This document shows positions 1 through 10,400 of a DNA stretch of 64,000 nt, one piece after another (positions within the stretch are counted from its first letter, which is position 1; every line of letters starts with the position of its first letter). The notes beneath the pieces were generated by a model. It was not told the DNA's origin and did not search any database. It saw only the letters and a program-made list of their open reading frames with translations. This stretch comes from Vicugna vicugna (Eukaryota). The DNA is taken from assembly GCA_013265495.1 (NCBI GenBank), contig MU058687.1:3288001-3352000 (forward strand). Reading direction: 5' to 3'. The translations under genes and the position numbers were made by a program.

Positions 1-123
1 CCGCGGAAGGCGGGGATCGCTCAATAAAAGTCTGGAAACGAAAAGAGGTGAGGAGAACATTGAAACCTCTCCAAGAAGCGAGGGGAGGTGACGGGGAGGC
101 GCGCGCCGCTCCTCTCTCCGTAC

Positions 124-306
124 CTTGTGGGCACCAGGACCCGTGCTGCGGGCTGCATGGGCCGCCGAGAAATCGATGACCCCTCCCAGGTCTGCGGTCC
201 CGGGGCGGCTCTGCCGGTAGAAGCGGAAAAGCTTCCGAAAGGCGTCCTCCCCAGGTTCCGTCGCCAGTGTCGCCACAGAGCCCATGGCTGCCGCCATCTT
301 CCCCAT
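124..306 (-). CDS. ALKBH1: ALKBH1 coding exon 1 (Fe/2-oxoglutarate nucleic-acid dioxygenase); gene continues left of the window
   Basis: Minus-strand translation from ATG 306: [61 protein letters not shown], then donor AAG|GTACGG at 123. 183 nt. Matches the ALKBH1 N-terminus as recalled. Confidence 0.96.
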
Positions 307-421
307 CTCGCTTGCCCGGCCTCCTCTGGCCCGGAAGCTGGTTTCCGTGCTCCGGATCAGGCAAGCGCTTCCGGAGTCGCAACCTCAGGTCGCGGAGTTC
401 CCTAAATCTAAAGATGGCGGC
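290..421. promoter_or_regulatory. ALKBH1/SLIRP bidirectional CpG-island promoter
   Basis: Divergent ATGs at 306 and 414. CpG-rich. Inverted ETS cores CCGGAAG (331-337) and CTTCCGG (368-374). YY1-type AAGATGGCGGC on both strands (290-300 minus, 411-421 plus). Confidence 0.85.
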
Positions 422-510
422 TTCGGGTGTGAGGGGTGCTATGGCTTTGCGTACGAATATTGGCCGGCCCGTTGCATTTGTCAGAAAAATTCCGTGGACC
501 GCGGGCTCGA
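414..510 (+). CDS. SLIRP: SLIRP coding exon 1
   Basis: AAGATGG start; [32 protein letters not shown]; donor GTGAGT at 511; 97 nt. Confidence 0.95.
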
Positions 511-3500
511 GTGAGTTGGAGATGTAGTAGGGGAGGAATTTTGGGGCCCAAGCAATCCTGAAAAGCTTTGCTTTCTGCGGAGCGCTTAAATCAACGTGGT
601 AGCTGGATTAGGAGGCTGAGTTTGCTCCTGAGCAAGCCTGTGGGTAGAAGGAAATTTTGTTTGCAGTTAGCCGTTAAGGGATGCTCCTTGAGCTTTTGGG
701 CCACGTAATCACGGTGTCCAGCCTTTCGGGGTTTAAAAGTTAAAGTTTACTTGGAAACTTTAAGATACACAATTTAGAAGGGGTTATTTTCACTGCAGTG
801 TGGCGGATGGATTCGAAGTGGGAAGACTGGAGACAGAAGACGAATGAAAAAGGCTGACAGTAATTTAGTTCAAAGGCGAGGAACTGAACTTAAGGGTAGT
901 GGTGGTGGTAGTGTTGGGGCGGGTAGGAGCGGTCAGATCCACTTATGTTAACCAAACAAGATTGACAGATTTTCATGATGGCTTGAATGGGGGAAAAGTA
1001 CGAAAGGAGGGAAAGGGAGGAATGACTTACAGGTTTTTAGCATTGGTGAATTTCGTGATCAGAATATAGAAGCAGGTCGAAAGAAGATGAGGAGGGGGAG
1101 GGTATAGCTCAGTGGTAGAGTGCATGCTTAGCATACACAGGGTCCTGGGTTCAATGCCCAGGACCTCCTCTAAAAATAAACATAATTACCTCCCCCCACC
1201 GAAAAAAAAAAAAGATGAGGAGTAAAGTTTAAATGTGTTTAGTTTGAGAAATCTATGTGGTTTCCGTCTGTTAGTTGGACAGAGGACGTTGTGTATGGAT
1301 TTAGAAATGCACTCCCACAGCCATATAGCCATACTCTTTGGGTTAGAATGACAGCTCCGCCATTTAGTAGTTGTGTAACCTTATTAACGGAAGGTAATTG
1401 GAGAATAGGGCTCACCACTGTGCCTCAGTTTCATCATTCATAAAATGGAATCAATAGTACCTTCCTCTTAAGATTGTGATTAGATTAAATGAGTTTATAT
1501 GTAAACTGTTTAGTCTTAGGGTCAGTACAGAGTAAGTACTCAATAAGTGATAGTTGTTTTGATGATTACTAAAATGAAGCTCACTGGAGAGGCCTAGGCT
1601 GGCGATAAAGGAATGGGAGTAATTAGTACTGAAAACTTGCACCAACATTGATTTTTGTCAGCTACAGTTTTGAGTTGAGGTTTTTACATTTGCTTACCAA
1701 AATTTAAAAATCCGTGGTCACTGTTGCAGCCATTCATGTCTCAGATCAGGTGCTTTAAAAAAAGGAATGGGACAGGTGTGGGTAGTGGAATGGGAAATAG
1801 ATTTGTTTGTGCCCCGTCTTCTTCTTACGTGGTAGGTGAAGACCACACCTAGTAAAATTGCTTAGGTCCTGAGAACCTCTGTGGAAAGGCTGAGGGGTTT
1901 CCTTAGCATCTTGCAGATGCAAGTTTCCAGACCATAATGGGCTGTTCAGAACCATTAAAGAGTCTACATAACATACAATTGTGACTGCAGTCTCTCAGTT
2001 CATTTAATCATTCATTCAGCACACATTTAAGGAGTGTCTGTTATGTGGTAGGCATTGTTCTTGGTGCTTGCAGCTGTTTCTCTGTAACAATTGTAGGTAA
2101 TTTGGGGAAAGGGTTACCTTCCAGGCCAGTTTGTTTTGGAAGTGAATGTTTTCTAGAACTTTAAATACCTGCTTTAAAACTATTCTGTTTATCCTCCATT
2201 AATATCTTCTGTGAGATCCTGATCTTGCCATCTAGTTTGATCAACTATTAGAACACTTCAGAAATTTAGCTCCTGTGGCTTGTTGAAGGATTACTAGACA
2301 TTTATTTATTCGTTCGGCAAATACTGCTCTATTGTGTATCAATCACCATGGACATAGTGGACTCAACACTTGGCAAGCTTATGGTGTAGTGATGGGGGTG
2401 AGGAGACAGACATCAGCAAATCTAGGCAGTTGTTGAACCAGTTTGGATGGACTAGGGTGATGAAGCAGGTACTCTGAAATGTAAATCAGTGAAAGTACAA
2501 GCACTGTAGTTCAGAAAAGAATGAGATCATGTGGTTTTTGATCTTTAAGGTTATCCACTATTCCTCCTTGAGGCCTCACAGGGTTAGTACTTTGTCTTGT
2601 TTTGCAGTAAGAGCCCAATAAAATAATCTGTGATATATTTGTCCTGGGTCTTGAAGGATAGTTATAGTTTTGGCAGAAGAAGATTGGATTACTGACATTT
2701 TAATAGGAAAGAACTGCAGACAAAGATAGGAATCCACAGGACAGATACATAGAATTTCATTTGCTGTACTGGAAAGTAACTATGGGCCAGCAATAGTAAG
2801 GCAGGAAGCGTAGGTAGGTCAACTTAACAAATTTTATTATGAGTAACAACTATTTAACCTAATGTTAACTTTAAATTATGAAAGGCAAGTAAATTGGGGT
2901 TTTATTTGGAAATCTCTAATATAGCTAACAAGCTGTGTTGTAATTGTCTGTCTTCTGTGTGATCAGAAGATCGCTCACAGGGATTATAATCCATGCATTT
3001 AGCACAGCACCTGGTATGGTGAAGATACTCAATATTTGCTGGGGATGAAGTCAACAGTCAACTCAGTAATATGTTTGTCCATGTCTTCACCCCATCATCT
3101 CCCCAAATCTAGTACATTACAGCTTTATAATCAATACTGTATCTATTTCTTAAATCTTAAAGCTTCAAGGAAATGCAGAGTAGCTCCTGTTCACAAGAAG
3201 TTTGGGCATTCTAGGACTCCTTTTGGTTTCTATCTACAATCAAGGGTGGAGGATACAAAATACATTAACAAGTCTTAATATGTTTTTTCTTCCTATACAG
3301 ATGAGCTGAGAGAACATTTTGCACAATTTGGTCATATAAGAAAGTGCTCTGTACCTTTTGTGAGTATTAACTTAAAAAAAAAAGTAATAATGTTACCCTC
3401 TTGATTTTCTTGTCAGAGCATATCAATTTGTATGAATTTCTCATGGAGTGACAGTGGTCAGTCTTTGTTGATTAAGTTATGAGTGATATGGCTTAAAAAG

Positions 3501-6500
3501 TTAAGGGGAAAAAAAACCAAAAAAAACCCCCAAAATAAAAAAAAAGCTTATCCTAGATATTTGAGGTATTTGTGTTGGTTTTTAAAAATTATCACAAATT
3601 TAATGTCTCAAAGCAACACACATATATTATCTCACAGTTTCTGCAGATCAGGAGTCCAGGCACAGCTTTGCTGGGTCCTCTGTTCAGGGTTTCATGTAGC
3701 TGCAGTCCAGGTGTCAGCTGGAGTTGCCATCTCACCAGAGGCTCAACTGGCAAAGACCCATTTCCATGCTCCCTTAGGTTCTTGGTAGAATTTGTCTTTC
3801 AGCTGTAGCACTGAGGTACCTGCTTTCTTGCTGGCTTTCAGCTGGAGGCTGCTCTCAGCTGCTAGGGACTGCCTGCAGTCCTTATTACTCTCCTTCTCCG
3901 TAGGCACTTTCTAAAACATGGCAGCTTCAAAGTCAGCAAGGGAGTTTCTTTCTTGTCTGCCAAGACAGTTTTATAATGTAATTATTGGAGTGATACCCCA
4001 TCATCTTCACCACATAACCTGATCAAGGGAGCAATATCTCATTGCTTTTGCTATATCCCTTTGGTTAGAAGTGTCACAGGTCCCACCCACATTCAAGGGA
4101 AGGGGATTATACAGGGGGTAACGTGGCGGGACACATGGAGATCTTGGGCCATCTTGGAATTTTGCCTATTACAGTATTATAACAAGGACTTGAGAGTGTA
4201 GCGGATAATTTTATCATGAAACTGATGGAGAATATCTATTTTAACCTTTATCCTCATTAAGTTGAGTGCTTTGTGTGTTGTGTTTTTATTTGTTACATAT
4301 TCTTTGCTTCCTCATGAGGGTTTAGAAATCAGGTTCTACTTTATCCTGGGCTTTATTTTTCTGTGGACTTTCTAGAATTATTGTTTATTTGGGGGTATGA
4401 TGTGAGTACACATAGAGTTTACATGTGCTTCATTAAAATTGCTCCATTTTCCCTCATGGCATCAAAAAGGCTGTGGTAAAATATCAATTTAAAGTAACTT
4501 AAGTTCTTAACTCTTGATTTAATGTTATTTGCCTTCCAAAGATCTAACAGATTATGCATCTTGTGTGCTGGTGAAGATGTAGGGAATCTAGTACTGAAAT
4601 TGTTGGGAAGTTTAACTGGTACCTTCACTGAAGGGTAATTTGGCAAAATCTATCAAAATTAAGAACCTGCTTTTGCTTTGATTTAGCAGCTTCATTTCTA
4701 GGAATTCTACAGAAATGTGAAGTCAAGAATGTTCAAAACAGCATTGTTTAATAATATCCTAATTGGAAAGAACCTAAGTGTTCGTCAGTGGGATGGGTTA
4801 AATAGATATTAATTCATTGATATAGTGGGATTTTACAGTTGATTAAAGGAGGCATGTATAGTACAGACATGAAAATGTATAAGCTTAAAAACTAGTTTTA
4901 CAAAGTGTGTGTGTAAAATTTGTGTTTTTTGAAGAGTATTTTTAAAAAGTTTCTCTAAAAAGTAACAGATTATTCTTGGTTGTCATTTACCTCCTGAAAG
5001 TATAAACAGAGTAATTTAGGACCTGGAGTTAACAGATTTTAAACAAGAGAAGGCTTTGATTCTTGGGAAAATTATATATAACAAAAAAATTAGTTTCTAG
5101 TTAACAAGTTCATTGTACTCAAGTTAGAAATCCAGGTTCCAATTTTAGATACATATTATTTACATTTTAACAAAATTTTTAATGCCTTGACAAATGGAAA
5201 TGGACACCTGTAGGTAGAGTGCTTTAAAAATTGTCTTATCTATCCGAGGTAAGGAGTGAATCACTGGGACATAACCAGAAATTTACTGTGTTCTAGGTTA
5301 ATACTTACAAACTTACCTTCCAGGCATGGGGGCAATTTCTAAGAATTTTTTTCAGAGTTGGTGGGGGCAGAGCACACCATAACTTTGTAACAAGACTGAT
5401 GATGTACATTGAGTGAATAGACACCTTAGTATCTGTCATATATAGAAGGGCTGGGGGGTGGGCAAGGTGTGTCTAAGAACATTAGTATCTCTGATGTATA
5501 AATATATAGGTTGAGTGATAAGCACTTGTCTTTCGCACAAAGGGAAGTAGCAAAATTGTTTAACTTAACCAGAAGTGTGGAACTAGGTAAACAAGGGTAA
5601 TTTTTTTCTGTATTTTTCTTTAGGAGCATGTGATGATAATGGTGGAAATGGTAATGAGGGTTATTGGTCTCAGAAATTACCAGAAATGTACCTAGTTTTG
5701 AGGCTTAATTTTCTAGTTTCTAGAATGAGGAAGTTAGAAAACAGGAAGAGTACTTTTTTATGCGATCAAAATCTCCCTTGACTATTGCTGTTAATGTGGT
5801 TTGTATCTAGAATGACACAGCTCATTACCCACATTTTACTCCCCTAGTGGCAATAGAAAAGCCAGAGTGTTAAGATTAACACAGAGATTAAAAAGTCTTG
5901 GGTAAATAGGAAAGTAAATATGTATTAAAGCAAAGTTTTTGGTATTTATTAAAATATCTTTTACTCCATTTTGGCAGATGAAAAAGTTGGTGGTTTGATT
6001 TGAAACTCCTGGAAACTTTCTCAAGTTCATGATTATTAATCTCTTCCTAAATTTTGAATTATTAGGACAGAGAGACTGGCTTTCACAGAGGTATGGGTTG
6101 GGTTCATTTTTCTTCTTCAGAAGAACTTCAGAATGCACTACAACAGGAAAATCATGTTATTGATGGAGTTAAGGTAAGTATTTTTCTACATCATATCGTG
6201 AGATTTCTGTATATCAATTAGATAGGTCAGAAGTGTAAAATGACAGGGACTTTGGGAGATTTGTAACTTAATGTTTATTAAAGAATGGTGGTGGTGGTAA
6301 AGTGCCCAGTTCTAAAAGGTCTGGAGAGAAAAGTACAGGAGCCTTTAACGGTCAGCAAGGTGTATGTAACGTGGAACAGTGGCAACAGCAGGGAGACCAG
6401 GGTTGAAATCCTGGCTTTTCCACTTACTGTGTGACCCTGGGCTAAACTGATTTACAATTTTTTATTGAAGTTCAGGGAGTCTTAAGTACAAGGAGCAAAT

Positions 6501-6696
6501 AACATCCTCTTTACTAACTAGTGCTGACTCCCTAATAAAATGGCAGCTTTAAAGCATCAGTTTTCAGTTTTAATATTTTTGCAGACATTGCCTTTCCTTA
6601 CAGTGCTTATTTGATTTTTTTCAGCTCCATGTTCAAGCTCAGAAACCCAAGGCTTTGCAAGGGGATCAAACATCTGATGAAGAGAAAGATTTTTGA
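414..6696 (+). CDS. SLIRP: SLIRP, mitochondrial RRM RNA-binding protein, complete spliced CDS (4 exons, 336 nt, 111 aa)
   Basis: Exons 414-510, 3301-3359, 6066-6173, 6625-6696 join in frame with GT-AG introns: [114 protein letters not shown]2-like AFVRKI and RNP1-like RGMGWVHF. Confidence 0.96.
1095..1211 (+). mobile_element. tRNA-Ala-derived SINE (camelid Vic-1 type)
   Basis: GGGGAGGGTATAGCTCAGTGGTAGAGTGCATGCTTAGCAT...GGTTCAATG head with A and B boxes, A tail, TSD AAGATGAGGAG (1084-1094 and 1212-1222). Confidence 0.9.
3301..3359 (+). CDS. SLIRP: SLIRP exon 2
   Basis: Acceptor TTTTTTCTTCCTATACAG ends 3300; (N)[19 protein letters not shown]; donor GTGAGT at 3360; 59 nt. Confidence 0.95.
3570..4173 (-). 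mobile_element. ERVL-MaLR (MLT1-type) solo LTR
   Basis: Typical MLT1 segments ATTATCTCACAGTTTCTG, CACAGCTTTGCTGGGTCCTCTG and terminal GGCCATCTTGGAATTTTGCCTATTACA. Confidence 0.7.
6066..6173 (+). CDS. SLIRP: SLIRP exon 3
   Basis: [36 protein letters not shown]; acceptor TTAG ends 6065; donor GTAAGT at 6174; 108 nt. Confidence 0.95.
6625..6696 (+). CDS. SLIRP: SLIRP exon 4 (last coding exon)
   Basis: Acceptor TTTTTTTCAG ends 6624; [23 protein letters not shown] with TGA 6694-6696. Confidence 0.92.
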   Translation, partial: LHVQAQKPKALQGDQTSDEEKDF

Positions 6697-6710
6697 GACT
6701 ATCACTGCCT

Positions 6711-6720
6711 ATTAAATAAA
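6711..6720 (+). terminator. SLIRP polyadenylation signal (overlapping ATTAAA and AATAAA)
   Basis: ATTAAATAAA 15 nt after the stop codon, followed by T/GT-rich sequence. Confidence 0.8.
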
Positions 6721-6752
6721 GTAAACAAGACTGAAAATTTTGTCTAAATGTT

Positions 6753-7143
6753 TTTATTTGAAACAAATGGTTGCACCAAGCAAGAGCTTACTTTCCCCAC
6801 TCCAAATTAAAACAGAGCACAATAGAGGCAAACATCATTTGGCAGGACAGTTCCAATATGTGAGCATCCTTCTACTCACTGTGGTTGGGGTAACTTTATT
6901 TGTGAGCAGTCATTCATAGACAAAATATTAACCCCAAAGTACTTATGTCACACAAAAGGAAGTGGCCTTAATTTCATGTGTGGGGCAGTATGTTCTATAA
7001 ATGCCAAAAGGTGGAAGAAGCACAAACACAACCCACTCTTTAAAAAAACTAAGTAATTCAAAGTAGAATTTTTCCACCCCCCCCCCTTTTCTCCTGTAAT
7101 AAAAAGTAGTGCTGGGCTCTGACACCCAGATTTGGTTTTTATT
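6753..7143 (-). terminator. SNW1 3' UTR with three candidate AATAAA signals (7138-7143, 6895-6900, 6753-6758)
   Basis: TTTATT on the plus strand at these three positions, downstream of the SNW1 stop at 7229. Confidence 0.65.
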
Positions 7144-7228
7144 CTGGCCATTTACAAAGTGTTCCCCCATAACGACTTGCATCGTTAGGGTTATGAATAA
7201 TAGTTCATTCACTTTGGAGAGCAAGTAT

Positions 7229-7427
7229 CTACTCCTTCCTCCTCTTCTTGCCTTCATGCTCATGTTCCTTGGGGCGGCTGCTATCTGAGGGTCTTTTAGA
7301 GCCACCATGCTGTTTGGCTTCTTCCAAAAATTTGTCCAAACCAAAAGGATCTTCCTCAAACTGAACTGGTCCTTCTCGGCCTCTTTGTCTACGGTCTGAA
7401 CCAGAAAACTCCTTATCGGGAACAAAT
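7229..7427 (-). CDS. SNW1: SNW1 exon 14 (last coding)
   Basis: [68 protein letters not shown] at 7231-7229. Confidence 0.96.
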
Positions 7428-10400
7428 CTAGGGAAAAAAAGAAACGACTATGAACTACTTTGTTTTCACAGGTGCAGATGTTGAGACTAAGCTGTCTGCC
7501 TGGGTACCTGTTAGTCTTTATTCTGGCTTCTAGGTCGTCACCATACATGTCCTTGTCCAGATTTTTACTGGGCCTGTAAATATTCTGGGCCATATCTTTA
7601 CCACCTCTCCAGGCTTGATCATAAACATTGTAAATTTCATCTTCTCCACCTGCAAAACCACTGTCCATACCCTGTGGAAAAAACAGAGGATGTTAAAAAT
7701 GCATGTATTTATTGAAAGTTGAATTTGATTACCTTCATATGAAGAGTAAACCCTTGCTCACTCACAGCTCACATTTTCAACAATCTGAACTGCAAACTAA
7801 AAAGGTCACTAAAAAACGGTCACAAAGTCCCTTATCTCTTGTTCACCTTTGGCTCCTTAGATTAAATATGGTACTCATTAACTGACTACTTTCACAAAGT
7901 TGTCATTAAAACTGGCAGATGCTAGTATAAGCAGGTATTTCAATTTGTATAGACACAGTAGCAAGAAGATAGAAGAACTGTGAAGTGTTTATCTGACACT
8001 ATAGTAACGTTAAACCCCTCAACTGCCTGAGAACATCACTATTACAGCATGATAGGGTTCTCAATGAAAATATTAAGTCAACAAAAAACTGGTTTCATAT
8101 ATTTGGACAGCTCATTAATACAGGGATGTGTCTTTTAAAATTTTTCATCACAATCTTTAAATGATTTAAGCTTGTGAGAGGCAACTGCCATAAATATTTA
8201 CTTCTGTGGAACTTTCATACCTAAGAATCTTAGTTCTACCAGATACGAGCTAAACCTCTGTGTTTCAACTTCTTCATATATAGACAGAGGTACTAATAGT
8301 ATCTAAGAATTAAGTGAGATAACAAAAGTAAAAGACTTAGAACAATGCCAGGAATATAAAAAGCACCCAATAACTTACTAACCAGAAAAGCTTACTCAAA
8401 TGTTACCTTCAAATCTTCCTAAAATCTCCAAGTCTTAGATAACTAACTTCTCCTCTCTATCCCAGTAGAACTTTACAGTTCTGTATTCTTACCACAGTCT
8501 GCCTTGTTTTTATTTATATACATGTATCTCTTTTCCAGTGGACTTGAGGGTTCCTTGAGGGCAAAGGTACATCTATCTTTGATCTCACTGACTTATATAC
8601 AGTAAATAATCAACGCTGGGTGAATTAAAACACAAAGGTACTTCTTCAGGCCTAATGTGTCCTAGCTAGTTAGTGATACCTGGTACTAGAAATCAGATTT
8701 CCTGACTAATACTTTAATCTGGCTTTACAGCTATATTTTTTTTGAAGATCCCAAGTCTGTGTTTTTTTAGCATTAAAAAAAATTTATTTTCAAATATCAA
8801 CAAAAAATAACCCGAGACACTTTTGTAGGACATTTGCTCTATTTTAGAAATAAAAGACTGATATACCAGAACCAAGTTTCATCACCGAATTTCTTTCATT
8901 TTCTAATAGTGTCTCAAATCTTAGTCAACTCTAAGAGGTCAAAATCAACTTTTTCATCTTGTCTCTTAAGTTACAACATGAAACTTGCAATTTTTTTTTC
9001 CTGTCATCATGCCAGCATACCTTAGGCTGATCTAAATCTATGATGTTAATTTTCTTTTCCCTGAGGATTGGTATATCATATCAACACTTAGAATGTTATT
9101 TCTAGGCTTTTTGTACCTTGGATTGGTTGAAGAGCCTTTGGTCATACTGAACTTCATTGGAAGTCCGAGGATTGGGCACACCAAGAGCAATGACTTCACT
9201 GATATCTCGATTTTCATTTCTCTGCAGTTTTGACCTGTTTTGAAATACCATGTCACAAACTGAAAACTCTTCACAGACAAGCTGAATTTCAACTTAAATA
9301 CAACAAATCTCAGAAGAAGAGGAAACAAGTATGTCCTGTTCACATCTTGTGAACATATATATTCCCTGATAATGCCATAGTTGGGATGACAGCTCTTACA
9401 GCATTTCAGATACATGATTATAAGAGACACGGTTTTACAATTAGGCCTTCCTGATAGATAGGAGTAGGTATGACATTATAATTCAACATCTGTATACACA
9501 CAGTGATCACCACCAAAAGTCTAGTTACTGTCTAACACCGTACAATTGACCTCTTTCACCCATTTCACCAATCCCTCACCCCTCTTCCCCTCTGGTAACC
9601 ACCGATCTGTTTTCTCTACTTATGAGTTTGTTTTCAGTTTGTTCATTCTGTTTTTCTAGATTCCACATGAGTGAAATCATACTGTATTTCTCTTTCTCTG
9701 TCTGACTTATTTCACTTAGCATAATACCCTCAAGGTTCATCCATGTTGTCACAAATTGCAAGATTTCATCTTTACAGCTGAGCTGTATTCCACTGGGTAC
9801 ATATCCCCCACCCCATCTTCTTTATCCATTTATCTGTTGATGGGCACTTAGGTTGCTTCCATCCATATCTTGGTTATTGCAAATAATGCGGCAATGAAGA
9901 TAGGTAAGCATATATTTTTTTGAATTAGTGTTTTCGTACCCTTCAGACAAATACCTAGAAGTGGAATAGCTGGATCATATGGTAGTTCTATTCTTAATTT
10001 TTTGAGGAATCTCCATACTGTTTTCCATATTAACAGCACTAATTTACATTCCCACCAACAGTGTTTGAGGGTTCCCTTTTCTCTACCTCTTCTCCAATGC
10101 TTGCTATTTCCTGTTTTTCTGATAATACCCACTCTAACAGGTGTGAGGTGCTATTTTGTGGTTTTGACTTGATTTCCTTAATAATTAGTGATGCTAATAT
10201 CTTTTCATGTGCCTGTTCATCATTGGCATGTCTTCTTCAGAGAAAGGTCTATTCAGATCCCCTGCCCATTTAATTGGGTTTTTCTGTTGCTGTTGCTGTT
10301 GCTGCTGAGTTGTATGAGTTCTTTATATACTTTGGATATTAACCCCTTGTTGGATATATAATTGCAAATATCGTCTCCCATTCAGTAGGTTGCTTTTTTA

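Noticed and set aside
1095..1170. tRNA-Ala-like gene (also at the five other SINE copies)
   Set aside because: Broken stems, A-rich tail and target-site duplications show these are SINEs, not tRNA genes.
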